DNA of 64,000 nucleotides from the human T2T-CHM13v2.0 reference genome, Homo sapiens (GCF_009914755.1 NC_060947.1), one strand, 5' to 3'; shown: positions 1-13,895, counted from the stretch's first letter. Program-made: numbers and translations. The notes: generated by a model from the letters alone, not told the origin.

Positions 1-99
1 GTGCCAGATGGAGAGAGGAAAGAGAAATTGATTGAGAAAGGTCTGAGTTCATCCTCTTTCCTCTTGGCTCTCTGTAGTGTATTTTTTATTCACTTGAGT

Positions 100-950
100 G
101 GCACTGCCAGATAGCCTGCCCCAAACTAGACACCATGCATCTGCATAGCCTTCTCCCTTTGTCTCCTTCCTGATATCCAGTTGATGATGGCAGGCCATTG
201 GTTCCACCTTCTAAGTGTCTGAATCTTGCTCCTCTTTTCTACCCCATGATGATAGGCCAAGTTGGAGCTTTTCTACTGAAAAAAATAAGGGCCATCTTCC
301 ATTGCCACCATTCTCATCTATTCATTGACCCCTACAATAGACTTCTAATGGTCTCACAGCCTCCAGTTCATTTGTATCCAACTCACCATTCATTCCTTCA
401 CCTCATTGCATACAGAAGGCTCCTCAAAAGGCAAACTAATCATGTCACTGCCTCCTACTTAAAACTTTCCATGAGTAACCAAATCCTTCAGAATAAAATC
501 TATGCTCTTGACTTGACATATGTATCTCTTTATGACCTGGTCTCTGGTAGCTTCTCCACCCTCATGGCTACCTCTTCCTCACCCCCATTGTCCACACTAG
601 AGCAATTGCAGTTCCCTAAGATCAAAGAACTTTCCTCTCCTCCAGACTGAACTTTTGTCAGACTTCCCCCTCCCCACCTGCATTTGCTAACTAAGTCTTC
701 CTTAGCATCTGGATCTCAACCTTTTCTGTCAACCCCTCACTAGGTTGGCCAGGTGAGGCACCCTGCTCTGTGCTCCTATGTAGAGCACTTATCATCCTGC
801 ATTAGAACTTTCTGATTACCTACTTGTCTCCTTCATGATGCCCAGAGCTTCAGGGGGGCAGAGTCTTGCAGAAGGGTCTAAGGGGTGGGTTGTATGTGTG
901 TGTGTGGTGGGTTATGTGTTTGGGTATTTGAATAAGAGAGTGAATAAATG
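100..950 (+). mobile_element. LINE-2 3' fragment (ancient)
   Basis: L2-like motifs 'caaactaatcatgtcactgcctcctacttaaaactttccatg' and 'ttcagaataaaatct', plus a degenerate (TGAA)n-like tail near 930-950. Boundaries approximate. Confidence 0.7.
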
Positions 951-1289
951 GACTTGCTTACTAAGAAATTTGAACTTGACAATAAGGAGGGTAACTGGAT
1001 TATCTAAATTACTTCCACAAGTAATAGTGAACTTTAAGAGAGGAGAGCATCCTTGGAGAGGCTAGGCAAGTATGGAAGGAGCAATCGTGGGATATGTATC
1101 TATGAAGCTCTTTCATTGTGCCTAGTTCTGGGTTAGGTTCAGGGGATAATATAGTGGAAATGGATGGAACTCTTGCCCCAAGAATATTATGTGAGGAACA
1201 AGACATTTTTGGGACAGATCTTGACACCAGCCAACATTGCTTAACAATGATTTGTGGCAATCACTATTCTTGGGACTTGACATAAACTA

Positions 1290-1450
1290 CATCCTTGAAT
1301 GCTCATGACCCCTCTATGAGATGATACCACTGTTATTGCAGTCCTGCAGGTGATGACACTGTGGCATTGAGGAATTAACTATTACCTCAAGATCAAGTAG
1401 CTAATATGTGGTAAAGCTGAGATTCAAAGAATGGTCACATGACTCATGAG
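1290..1450 (-). mobile_element. MIR SINE
   Basis: Resembles the reverse-complement MIR core: 'ctatgagatgataccactgttatt...gaggaattaactattacctcaagatcaagtagctaatatgtggtaaagctgagattcaa'. Confidence 0.65.
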
Positions 1451-1962
1451 CTAAGGCCTAAAATGCCAACAAGGGGTCAATGCACATGGCACTGGGAAAA
1501 GGAAGGGCACCGTGGCCTAGAGCTGTCCTGGAAGTCACTCTGCAGATAGTCTCCCTCTCCATCCTGCCACTGTGGACACCTCACGCTGCAGTCAAACTGG
1601 ACTGCAGACAACTTCATATCTCTAGGCCTTTACACTTGCTGTTCCAATTGCCTGAGTGGTCCTTTCCTTCCTTCCACCCATATTTTATCAGACCAAACTC
1701 TGTTACTTCTGAAATTGTATTGTTTCTCACATGATCCTCCTCTGGATGAGTTAGCAAGCCCCTGCTCTGTGCCCTAATTCTCAGTAACCTTGAAGAAAAC
1801 AAGGGCAGGGAGGCTTATCAACTTACAAAGTCCACACAGTAAGCAAATGGTTAGCCTGGGATTTGAACCAAATTGTTCAACACCAAAATTATTTTATCTA
1901 AATCAGAGAGGGCATATGTTTGGCATAGGGACCTACACTTATTGCTGAGAGTTTATGACATT

Positions 1963-2435
1963 TGTGTTGGCTAACTTTATGTGCCAACTAAGCTGGACCA
2001 TGGAATGCCCAGATATCAGGCTAAACATTGTTTCTGGGTGTGTTGTGTAGTGTTTCCAGCAAAGGTTAACACTTGAATTGGTGGACCAAGTAAAGCAGGT
2101 GGCCCTCACCAATGTGGATGGGTATCATCTAATCCACTAAGGGCCTGAATACAACAAAAAGGTGGGGGAAGGTTGAATTCTATCTCTGCTTGAGTTGGGA
2201 CATCAGTTTTCTCCTGCTCTAGGACTGGGAATTATACTATTTATGCTCCTGGTTCCCAGGCCTTTGTACTCAAACTGGAATTTTCCTGTTTCTTGAATGT
2301 GCAGATGGCAGATTGTAGGACTTCTCACTGTCCCTAATTACATGAGCCACTTCTTTACAACAAATCTTTTCTCCCCCCCGCCCCCCCTGCTTCAATATAT
2401 AGGTTCTGCTTCTCTGGAGAGCCCTGACTAATAAT
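1963..2435 (+). mobile_element. MLT2-family (ERVL) solo LTR
   Basis: Starts 'tgtgttggctaactttatgtgccaactaagctgg', contains 'gccctcaccaatgtggatgggtatcatctaatcc', and ends 'ttctctggagagccctgactaata', all MLT2B/C/D-like. Confidence 0.8.
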
Positions 2436-3016
2436 ATAACATTCTTTCCTGCTGCATCTGTATTAGACCTCAGAATCTTTCTCAACACTATGTGACTACA
2501 GCCACAACCAACCTATCAGAACTGATAGTCAAGTCAAGAACTATTTACTTATCATGGTGCTTCTGTTAATGGTGGCTTCTTTCCTAACAATGGTTCTCTC
2601 TTCTATCCCCAGCACCCCATCCCTCTCATATCTCTCAGTGCTGCCAAATTTGTCATGCAAATGGCATCTTCAACCTGTCAGGAAGAGCCAGTCCCTCCTC
2701 TGATGGTGCTATGGTTCATCCAGATGCAGTGCAACATATTCTTCTTTGGGAGTATTCAACGGCAAGCACCTTGGCGGCTCTGCCTAGGCCACTACAGGCT
2801 GGAGCAAAGAACACACAAATGTTAGGCATCCGTCAGCTGGGTATCTGACTGAAAAGACATGAGGGTGCAGAGCAAATGCCAGATGGTGGGAGGAATGGTG
2901 AACATTAGGAAGACAAAAGGGGTCAGGAAATAGGACAAGACTTTATTGGCTACAATTATATTCTATTGAATATATTCTTTATGTTGTCAGGCTGAAAACA
3001 GAGATTTTCTCTATGT

Positions 3017-3175
3017 CAGTAATCTCAGAGTTTCATATACACACACATCACCTGGGAAGCTGCTTGAAATGCATATTCAGAGCCAATAAATAGGCAGTGG
3101 GGTCTGAGGATCTGCATTTCTATCAAGCTCCCAGGTGATGCTCCTGGTCCAGGGACCACAATTTAGTTAGCAAGT
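3017..3175. mobile_element. MER5A-like hAT DNA transposon relic
   Basis: 'catcacctgggaagctgcttgaaatgcatattc...atctgcatttctatcaagctcccaggtgatgct...ggtccagggaccaca'. Confidence 0.7.
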
Positions 3176-3719
3176 CCGCTTTTGTATCCTCTCACATTTA
3201 AGACTTCCATCATGCCTTTACAACCTCACTCTTTCTTCTCTCACTTCTTTCTTAGCTCCCCATCTGCCCAGCAAACCAAAGACCCTCACACTTGTCGTGG
3301 TCAGCTCCAGCCCTTCATCTCAGAGGGTCTCCATGCAATCATGGACGTATAGCACTTGCATATATATTATTAAAAGCACTTGCATATAAATGATGTGCTG
3401 GGAATTTCAAAACAGCCCTGTGAGGGAAGGACTATTGTGGCCAGAGACAGGGCAGCAATCACCCACCATCATGCAGCTAATAAAAGTGGCAGAAGGAAAC
3501 TGGAATCCATACTGGTACAGCACCAGAGCCAGTGCTGCTTTCAGCATGCAATACTGCCTTCTGGAAAAGAAAGTGAAGGCTGAGTTTTAGTCTTGACCTC
3601 AGTGTAGCCTCTGAAAAGTTCGCTAACCTTTCTGGGCTTTGTTATCCATCTGTGGGCATAAAATAGGAGGCCTTTGAAACCATAAGGCCTATGGATTTGG
3701 TGGTTTTTTTTTTCTCACC

Positions 3720-3910
3720 ATCAGTTACCTAGCACCCATGAGCATCCAAGCACTCCACAGACACCTTTCCTCTAATTCTCCTCACAGCTATGCGAGATGG
3801 GCACCCTGATCGTCAGGAGTCTGAGGCAGGGAAAAGTTAAGTAACTTACTCAAGGTCCCATGGACCACGATGCCAGGCCTGAATCAAGGTCTGTCTCGCT
3901 CTAGAGCTGG
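3720..3910 (-). mobile_element. MIR SINE
   Basis: 'taattctcctcacagctatgcgagatggg...tgaggcagggaaaagttaagtaacttactcaaggtc'. Further MIR pieces lie at about 3350-3550, 5575-5710, 6880-7000, 8280-8410 and 58990-59150. Confidence 0.6.
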
Positions 3911-6900
3911 CTGTTCATAGTCTGCTGCTTGCCTTCAGTCTCTTTCCAAAGAAGGGTTATTGGGTGCATCAGTTACTAGCCCTGGGGAGACTTGTTTTTC
4001 CTTGTCTGTAACATGAAACAACAATGCTCACTTTACAGGGATGCAGTGGAGCTCTTCCAGACAGTGTATCTTGCAGGTACTTCATAAGCCACCAAGTGCT
4101 GCCTTCCTCCTCATAACCTTAATTCCTTGCCTGCCTTTCATGTGTGCTGTTACATTAAATGTGCTTTCCAAAAGAAGCATTCGAAACAGTTTCAGGGACT
4201 GTGGGCCAAACATTCATTAATTCATTCAACAGCCATTTCCCAAGGCCTTGGTCTGTGTCAGGCATAGGAGATATGGTGATAGGAAAGTTTGGGGAACAAA
4301 AGTAACGACCTTCAGAGAAACCTTTTATAGCTCCCAGAGCTGCTTAATGGCCTTCAAGCCCTTCATCCTGGGCTCAGGTTACATGATCAAGCTACAAAAG
4401 AAGTCTTCAGATTTTTCCAATTTCTTCTTTATGTGTTTCTTCCCTCCATTCAAATTGAACTCTACATCTTCTCCCAAGTGCCTGAATTTTATCTCATCTT
4501 CACTTTGGCCCACAGTGGACTATCCTTTGAAGGTTCAATAAGGCCCCCATCTTATGTTAGAGATACTCCCAGTTCTCCAAGCTGTGCCCAAAAGCCATCC
4601 CTCAAGGGGGAAGCCTGTTGTGACCACTCAACCAGAGTACCTCTTCCAACCACTGTTTTTTCACCTGAGATAAAGCCCACTTGTCAATAACTGCCTTGCA
4701 GGCATTAGCTGAGGGTTAGCTTCCCTGGTATCTCCACTCCAAACAGTCATTCCTAAAAAACAAGGACTGCGTTTGCTCAACCTTGAGTCTCCCACAGTTC
4801 ATGTATTACAGTGGGTATGGGTTTAAATAGACTGACAACTATGACAGGGAACATGGGAGCAGAGGACAGGATTTTGTGTTGGAGAGAGAGGCTAAGCCAC
4901 TGAATGGGTACAGCTCATACCCACACCAGCCATCAGACAGGACAAATGCAGCCAACTTGGAAAGTGGCAATCACTTAGAAATGACTGAGGATGACAAGAT
5001 AATTGAAGCAATTGCTCAGCTGCATTGGGAGAAAGTAATAATATTTGCAAACTCTTGTAATGAGCCAAGTAGAAGATGGCCATGACTCCAGGACAGAGAG
5101 CATGGAGCCAGGATAATAAGTCAGGGCAAGAATGAGGCAGAAACCAGGAGAAGGAAAATCATTTTGCTCTGGGCCACGTGAGACTCCCAACTTGACCCTC
5201 AATGCAGGGAACTGTAAGTTAATATCAGCACCCACTGAGTCTACTATACAATTATGTATTTATACTCACGTCAGCTGTAAATAAATAGTTTTCATTTCCA
5301 GATGGGAGATGAAACATCCCTAGCCAATCCTGTATTATGAGTTGGAGGCACTGGTGAATCACAGCTCTATACAGAGATCCAGGAAGGGAAAGAGCCCCAA
5401 GGCCAGAGTGGACCATTGTGAGTAGGGAGCAACCTTAACCAGGCACATCTCTACCTGCAAGTGCTGCTTTGTGCCACAGAAATGCAGGTCTGCACATAGG
5501 AACTTCTAAGGGCATTCTAGAATGAAAGACCACCCTGTGCTGTCTCCAGAATGATCTTGAGAGTCCACTTTAGGGTCAACTGCCATGTGTTGCAGACAAG
5601 AAAATGTAGGCTCAGAGAAGAGACACTCTGGGGCCAAGAGTACACAAGAAAACAGGAGCACAGCTAAGAGTAGGGCCCAAGCTTCTGATTCCCAGGTCTA
5701 AGCTCTTTCCACAAATGCAGGAAAAATCTGACTGTGTACCATCCAGGTAGCAGGTGCTATGCAGCAGGAATCCTCTCAGTGCCTAGGTTAGTTCTTGGAC
5801 CAACCTCAGTGGCCTTGGGTTAATTCAGAACTTACTCTCCTTGAGGATAGATTGGCCAGGCTTCCAAAGGCTCCACCAAAACCTGGAGTTGTGTGGGGAG
5901 GAGCAGCAGGAATGGAGCAGAGACCTGGAGTGGAGCTTGAAGATGTTTATTGGCATGGTCAGTCCTGGACCTGGGTGTAAGCAGTCAGTATGCAGCAGGC
6001 CTGTATTTACAACAGCCTAGGAGGTGATGCTCACACTTCCAGTAAGACTGCTTATGTTAGGGTCAAAGTTGGGCAATGAGGTACCTCCTGCACATTAGGT
6101 TAGGGGGTAACAGCCCTGGTGACAGATGTTCAGAAACTTCTTAAGCTGTGTCCCTACCTTCAAATGCCCAATCTTTCCTGCATGCACTGTGCAGGTTAAT
6201 GCTGATATGCAGCTCTGACATGGCCCTGCTCAGCTCAAGGTGGCTGTGACTGCTCATGTCCTCCACACGGTTTACCCTATCATCCCCTATGCTCTGACAC
6301 TGGCTACCTCTCTGCCTTTCTCTCTCTTCTGCACCCTCAACCTGTTTTGTGTTTTGTGTGCAAGTCAAATTGAACTCCTCAACCTCCCCCATCCGTTTCC
6401 AACTTCCTGCCTCTGTGCCTTCTCTCCCTTCTTCTCTTGTTAAGAATGCCCTCCCACTTTCCATCATTTTCTCCTACCAGAATTGTGTCCCTCATGCAAG
6501 CACAGTTCTGTTCTTTTCTCCCCCATGAATCCTTTTGTGGGCCCCATCCAGATGGGGCTTTCTCTCTCCTTTGAGCTTCACAAAGACCTGGTTGGATACC
6601 TCACTATTGGTTTTGAGTTACATTTAATATAGTTGCATCCTGTCTTTCTTTCTGCAGCCTGTACAGTCCCTTCAGGCAGGCAGCCACATGCAACACACAA
6701 CAAAGGCCTGGTTCAGAGACACTGCTTATAAAAGTTAGTGATAAGAACATGGCTCTCAGTCTCTCAGTGTAGGAGGCAGTGTTTCAGGATTTCGTGACTT
6801 CTAAGCCATGCAACCAAGTGTCCATATCTGAAACAAAGTTCTCAAAGAAAGGTATTTGGGAGAGATGATAAAACAAGATTTCAGAAGGTGTATGGTCCTG

Positions 6901-6950
6901 CAATTAAATGTCTGTTGCCTACCAGCTGTGTGAACTTGGTAAGACACTCA

Positions 6951-7360
<410 letters not shown>

Positions 7361-7649
7361 CCACCCATATATAGGGATATTAAGAGTTCTGAATTTCTTA
7401 ACATAGAAAGAATAGTTCTTTTGGAGCTAAATTGCCTAGTTCTTCTCTGATCCATGTATTTGTATGTATTTTATGTATAAGTGGACAAATGCTTTTGGAT
7501 TGCAGATATTTGGCTGCTTCCCAAAAGTTTGCTTAATAATAACTCCTGGGAAATGTCATGAATCCAATCATTCCTCCACATGAGAGGGCTTGTTCAAATT
7601 GGAAGTAAAATATTACAATTGCAGCACATTAATGTTTAAGAAATATTTT

Positions 7650-8060
7650 AAGAATATATCATGTTACAGATACTCTGAGAAGGAAGGAATACATGGTGAT
7701 GGCAAAACAGACACAGTGTCCTGCAGTGGTCACAGTCTAGTGACAGGGACAGACAAATGCCCTTAGGGTCATGACACAGGAAAAAGGATACCTGACCAAA
7801 TTGGAGGTTGCCTGGCAATCCTGGGTAGAGATGGTGGTGGCCTGGACTAGTAGAGTTAGTCTAGGCATGGAAAGAAGTATAGGGATTAAGAAGCCACTAA
7901 GGAGGCAGCCAGTGGAATGTATGAGGACAAGAATTGGATGTATCTGTCTCTGTTGAATTCCCATCCCCTAGCTCCAGGTCTGGGACACAAGGGAACATGA
8001 AAACTCTGAGAAATGCAAAATTTATCAGACTCAATGACTGATTGGATGTGGCATTTCAAA
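7650..8060 (-). mobile_element. LINE-2 fragment
   Basis: 'agagatggtggtggcctggactag...gactcaatgactgattggatgtg' is typical of antisense L2. A similar fragment lies at about 12225-12730. Confidence 0.55.
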
Positions 8061-9187
8061 CAGCTTGGAACTCTTGTATTCCTGGCATCCTCTGTGAGGT
8101 AGGTATTAGAGGAATAATTAACAACCACTTGTCAAGTTGAATGTTGCTGTTAATCCCACATGTATCAGTTGGGTATTAGTATGTGCCATGGCAGAGTCAT
8201 GGGTAGGCTGCAGAGATAAAGAATGTGGCCCAAGCATTAAGAGGCATATAAACATGGTGTGACGATGGTAAGACACTGGGTTTATAGAGCAAAAACCAGG
8301 TTGGGGTCCTAGCTCCACCACTAACTTCCTGCTTGATCTTGGATGCATCCCTCTGATTTTGTGAGCCTCAGTTTCCTCATCTGCAAAACCCTATGTGACA
8401 GGGTTAATTTAATGTTTCCCAAACTACTTCTGTGGATACATCAAAATCACCTAGGGATTCTAACTTGACAAGCCTGGGGATCCCAGGCTCTTGAGGAAAA
8501 TCTGATGCGTGGCCAAGTTTGGTAGCCATGGCTCTAGATGGCTTCTCAGGGACCTTCCAGGGCTGGGGCTGTGATACAGATTTACTCCAGCCACGGGAAG
8601 TTTTCCTTAAATCAGGACAACCTTTTAGCAACTACTGAAGTTAGTAACTTACGTGTCTGCAAAAAGAAAAGAAATTTGCTTCAGCAACCCTAGCACAGAG
8701 ATTTTAAAGGGCCTCAGTAGCTTTTGACTGCTTCACTAGTAGCTTTTTCTTTGGAAATAAATGCATCTTTAATATAATTTCTGGGTGAGAATCCTATAAA
8801 GCAAGTGTTAGCAGAGGAGAGAGCTATCAGTCAGCGACTTGTTCAAAAAAGTCATGTCTACTCTGCTTTCTCTGCTTTCAAGCCTGCTCCATAGAAAGTA
8901 AAACCTGGGAAGAAAGGCTCAAGGCACTGGTCAAAATCTGGTTCCTGGGATGAGCAGTCAAGGGAAGGGGTTTGCTGTCCCAGCTGGGAGCTTGTGTGTG
9001 CATACAACCATCCTCTTTTACTTCCCCAGACTAGCACCAAATCTAAGGGATGGTTTCTCTTTTCACTTGTTTGATTTACCAGTGATCTCAGCCAATGTCT
9101 GCCCTAGATCAAATGAATGATTCAGATGCAAATATCCTTCAATCATTTACTGATTCAACAAGCATACACAACATGCATTCCATGAGG

Positions 9188-9573
<386 letters not shown>

Positions 9574-10039
9574 TGATCAGAAATAGTTCTCAACTTCTCC
9601 ATCTTCACAGAACTCAGTCCAGTGTTGTTGACCTTAGCAGTTGTCGACATTTTTTTTGCACGAATTAATATTATTTCCTGACTCTATGGTTACCAGAGTA
9701 GGTAAGTTTGTTTCCCAAGAGAATTGCCAAATGGCAGTGGGGTTTAAGAGGATGGGAACAGCATTTCTGATATGCAGGCTATATGGGTCATGCCAAGACT
9801 GCATGTCTAGCACTGCCCCTGGAATTCCTTCAGCACTAGACTGCATCAGAAGACATATGAAATAGGGGCAAAGATGAACTGTGCTGGTAATGGTGATAAT
9901 AACTTGTGAGGCTGGAGCTAGGTCTTTCTAAATGGAAGGGAAAGAAATAGACCAGATTGAGCACCAGCTATGTGCCAGGTGATAAAACATTTTGATGTTT
10001 ATTTTCCTAGTTGATTATTTTTTTCAGTTTTAATTTTTG

Positions 10040-10325
10040 TCTTTTAATTTTTATTGTAAATTGACAATTTATAATTGTATATATTTATGGGGTACAAAAT
10101 GATGTTATAATTTATTAATGCAATGTGAAATAATTAAATCAAGCTAGGTAACATATCCATCACCTCAAATACTTAAGATTTCTTGTGGTGCGAACATTTG
10201 AAATTTACACTCAGTAATTTTGAAATGTAGAAAACTCCATTATTAGCTATATTAACCATGTTGTGCAATAAATCTCAAAAATATTCTTCCCATCTAACTG
10301 ATAATTCATACCCTTTAAGCTATCT
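10040..10325 (-). mobile_element. L1MA-type 3' end fragment
   Basis: 'tttttattgtaaattgacaatttataattgtatatatttatggggtaca...catatccatcacctcaaatactta'. Confidence 0.8.
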
Positions 10326-10590
10326 ATGATTATCTCTTTTTTACACTTGAGGACATTAGGTATGTATGCATTTAGAGTTAACAAGCAAAGAGCAAATAAG
10401 GTGGCAGCCAGATGATTGATAAGAAGCTTGTTTTATGACAGTAGAGGCAAGCAAGAGAGTGGACAGGACCCAGAGGATCTTTAGGGGTGCAGCTTGTGCT
10501 ACCATGATGCCTAGTAGAAGACACTGCAAAACCATCCAGGCAGTACAGCTAAGCTTTCCAACATGTTGCAAAGTTGAATAACAGGGTAAT

Positions 10591-11575
10591 TGTGGAAGAA
10601 TATATTTCCCCAAAATGATCATTTTGTCATTCTCACACAAAGAGGTGGAGTCTGTTTCCTCTCGTCTTGAACTTGGGTGGCTTGTGACCCCTCCAACTGA
10701 GAGAGCACCCAGGAGATGATGCTAAGTGAGTTCTTAAACTAGGTCATCAAAAAGGTACAGTTTCTTCTCGGTTCTTTCCCTCTTTTTCTTGGAATGCTCA
10801 CCCTGAAAACCAGCCACCAAGTTACAGGGAAGCTCAGGCCACATGAAGAGAACATATGAGTGTTGCAATCAGCAGCCCTAGCACAGGTCTCAGGTGGCAG
10901 CCAATATTTACTAGCAGACATGTGATTGAGTGAGCCTTCAGATGATCCTAGCCTCCTGCCTTTAAGCAACCCCAGTGGAATCCAAGAGAAGCAGAGATTA
11001 GCTATTCCTAAAAAGCCCTACCCAAATTCCATATTTGACAGCATTGTCAGTGTTTTAATCCACTACATTTGGTGTGACGGTTAATACTGAGTGTGAACTT
11101 GATTGGATTGAAGGATGCAAAGTATTGTTCCTGTGTGTGTCTGTAAGGGTGTTGCCAAGGGAGATTAACATATGAGTTACTGCGAATGGACTGGGAAAGG
11201 CCGACCCACCCTCAATCTGGGTGGGCACAATTGAATCAGCTGCCAGCTTTGTCAGAATAAAAGCAGATAGAAGAACGTAAAAAGTCTAGACTGCTTTAGT
11301 CTTCTGGCCTACGTCTTTCTCCCATGCTGGATGCTTCCTGCCCTCGAAGATCAGACCCCAAGTTATTCAGCTTTGGGACTTGGACTGGCTTCCTTGCTCC
11401 TCAGCTAGCAGACGGCCTATTGTGGGACCTCACCTTGTGATCATGTGAGTCAATACTCCTTAATAAACTCCCATTTATATATACATCTATCCTATTAGTT
11501 CTGTCCCTCTAGAGAACGCTGACTAATACCTTTGGGATTATTTATTATGCAGCCATGTTAACTGCAACAGGAACT
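10591..11575 (+). mobile_element. MLT1-family MaLR LTR, interrupted by MLT2A
   Basis: 'aagaggtggagtctgtttcctctcgtcttgaacttggg', continuing after 11535 with 'attatttattatgcagccatgttaact'. Confidence 0.7.
11073..11530 (+). mobile_element. MLT2A (HERV-L) solo LTR
   Basis: Starts 'tgtgacggttaatactgagtgtgaacttgattggattgaaggatgcaaag' and ends 'ctctagagaacgctgactaatac'. 5-bp TSD TTTGG at 11068-11072 and 11531-11535. Confidence 0.93.
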
Positions 11576-11891
11576 AATACTTGTGTTTATGTTCTTTACT
11601 GTAAATTTAGTTAATCTCTTCCATTTATTTCTACTCCTTAGCCCTTTCACCAGTCCTCTTCACTATTACATAAGCTGTGTTGGAAGTAGTTAAATTTGTT
11701 ACTTAGTCCATAATTTGGAGAATAATAAAGTGGCCTAGGGCAACACTAGAAGTGGAATGGGCATCACCTGAATGTCTTGGATTAATAGCCATTTTTGCTG
11801 AAAAGGTGTGCCATGCTAAGTGGAAGTATTATTGATCTTGTGTATATGAGAAGGTGAGCAGATGCAGACTTCAGGCAGCCAAGCAGTGGAC

Positions 11892-12220
11892 TGTAGTGGA
11901 CATCTGTGGGGTTTGTTTGCCCAATATCTATACCCTTACCCCCTTCTTTAATGCAGTCTTAGTGGGACAGTCAATTGAAGTGCTAGAACTCCTCTGGCAA
12001 AAGGGAGGGCCAGTGACACAAGTGGGAACAAGTAGACTTTCTTCCTTGGAATTTGAATTTTCATTAAAGTAACTTGAGAACTGAAAATAGCTGTAGCTGA
12101 TTCATGCCGTCAACCTAGATTTTGATTCTGTGAGCTCTCCCACAGCCTTGCATTATACTTCCTTTTGCTTTGGTTAGTCAGAATTAGTTTTTACTGTTTG
12201 AAATCAAAGGCCCTAGCTGA
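11892..12220 (+). mobile_element. Old MLT1 (J/K/L-like) LTR
   Basis: 'tgtagtggacatctgtggggtttg...ttagtcagaattagtttttactgtttgaaatcaaaggccctagctga'. Confidence 0.55.
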
Positions 12221-13094
12221 AGTCTTGTTTTAGAAAGACTGCTTATGTCATGGATGTGGAGGCTGAGAGGCTGGGCCCAAGACTGTGTATGAGGAGGCTG
12301 GTGCACCTAGTTGTACAAGTAAGGGAAGGCAAGACCTGAACTGGGGCAGTGGCTACCAGGGCAGAAGGAAGAGACTGAGTCAGTGAGGTAGAATCCAGAA
12401 GATAAGGGTGCTTACTGGAGGTGGGGGAGGGAATGAGGTGAGAAAGAGGGAGTTGTCCAGGGTGGTTTCCAGGCTACTTCCTGCTTGATGCAATGCGGTT
12501 GTCAGTCAACAGCACAAAAACCCATTAGGAAGGGGACGGGATTAGGGGCTCGTCAAGGGGAGAAACTGTGCTTAGATTATTTATAAGACATTCAAACAGA
12601 ATAAGTCCAGAGGTGAGAAATCTGGGCTGACCACAGGAGCAGAGGACTCTCATTAGCATGTGAATAGAGACTGAGGCCTGAAAGTGGGCAAGATCATCTA
12701 TGAGAGAGGAGAGGGTGAGAGAAAGGAACAGGACTTAAGACCAGTAGGAGAGGTTTCAAGATGATTGACTAGGGACATGCCAGTTCTCTTCAGAAAGAAG
12801 ATCAAAGTTACTGTGAATGGACAACTTTTGAATGGAAAATGGAGGAAAGAGGGCCAGGACCTTTAGGAGTACCCACAGGAAGAAGCTGGAGCTCAGGAAA
12901 AGAAAGCAGCAAGAGCCTGGCTGAGATCCCTGAGGATCTCAGAGCCCTGTGGACAGGGTAAATGGGAGTGCTTCTCTGCTCCCCTCACCCGTCTGGCAAT
13001 CTGCTGACTGTCAAAGCCCCTCTGCCCCAAAGCCCCACTGCTGGGTAGTGCCACTGCACCACCAGACCACCTGCAAACATACCCCATTACCCAT

Positions 13095-13506
13095 GGTAAA
13101 CCAACAAGTATCTGAGACAAGTCTCAATCAGCTTAGAAGTTTTATTTTGCCAAGGTTAAGGACCTGGGTGGGAGAGAGGTCTGTGTTTTTTTCCAAAGAT
13201 GATTTTGAAGTCTTCAGTATTTAAAGGGGAAAAGCAAGCTGGAGGGGAAAAGGAGAGTATGGTAATTCACATGTTGCAAGAGAAAAGGAGCAGGTAGAGG
13301 AATAGTCAATTATGTATTAACCTTGAGCTCAGTAAATCAGCACTTTACATATGATAAGGTGAACACGGAGTATCCACCTTTTATCTGTAGCTATCTGCTT
13401 AGGAACAAAAGGAAAGCTAACTTCTTGCATGACTCAGCTTTCAGCTTATTTTTTTTTTCTTTTGGTGCAGTGAATCGGGGCCCCAAGTTTTTATTTTGCT
13501 TTCACA
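13095..13506 (-). mobile_element. MER4-group ERV1 solo LTR
   Basis: The reverse complement begins 'tgtgaaagcaaaataaaaacttggggcccc' and ends 'cttggcaaaataaacttctaagctgattgagacttgtctcagatac'. Probable 4-bp TSD ccat/tcat. Confidence 0.85.
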
Positions 13507-13714
13507 TCATTCTGACTTTGACAAGCACCAGGAACCAGTAGTTCCCCAGGGACATGTGGCCCCTTGGAGATCTAATCCTTAACGCGGTCCGCCCCTAAGG
13601 GAGGGGGTCCCACTTGGGACAAAGGAAATGCGGACACAGCACAAACTGCTGAAGGGGGCAGCATGGACGCCCAGGAATGGGCCTGGAGAGAGTGTCATCT
13701 CCCACACACACCAC

Positions 13715-13895
13715 CCCCACTGGCCAACACCCCTCCCCACCCGCCGCCAATAATGCCCACCACATCCCTCCTCCAGCACCCCTTCCTTCCCCCAAAAAAA
13801 CCTCCCTCTGCTAACACCCCTCCCCCTCTCCCCCTACACCGTCTCTCTCTGCCAACATCCCTGCACCGCCGTCCCTACCCCCGTCCCAACACACA
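13715..13895. repeat. C-rich degenerate minisatellite-like tract (G-rich on minus strand)
   Basis: CCAACACCCCTCCCC-like units recur at about 13723, 13773, 13812, 13852 and 13886. Confidence 0.6.

Noticed and set aside
198-650. 150-aa ORF as a host gene
   Set aside because: It has a non-ATG start, lies within an L2 remnant and shows no recognisable domain.
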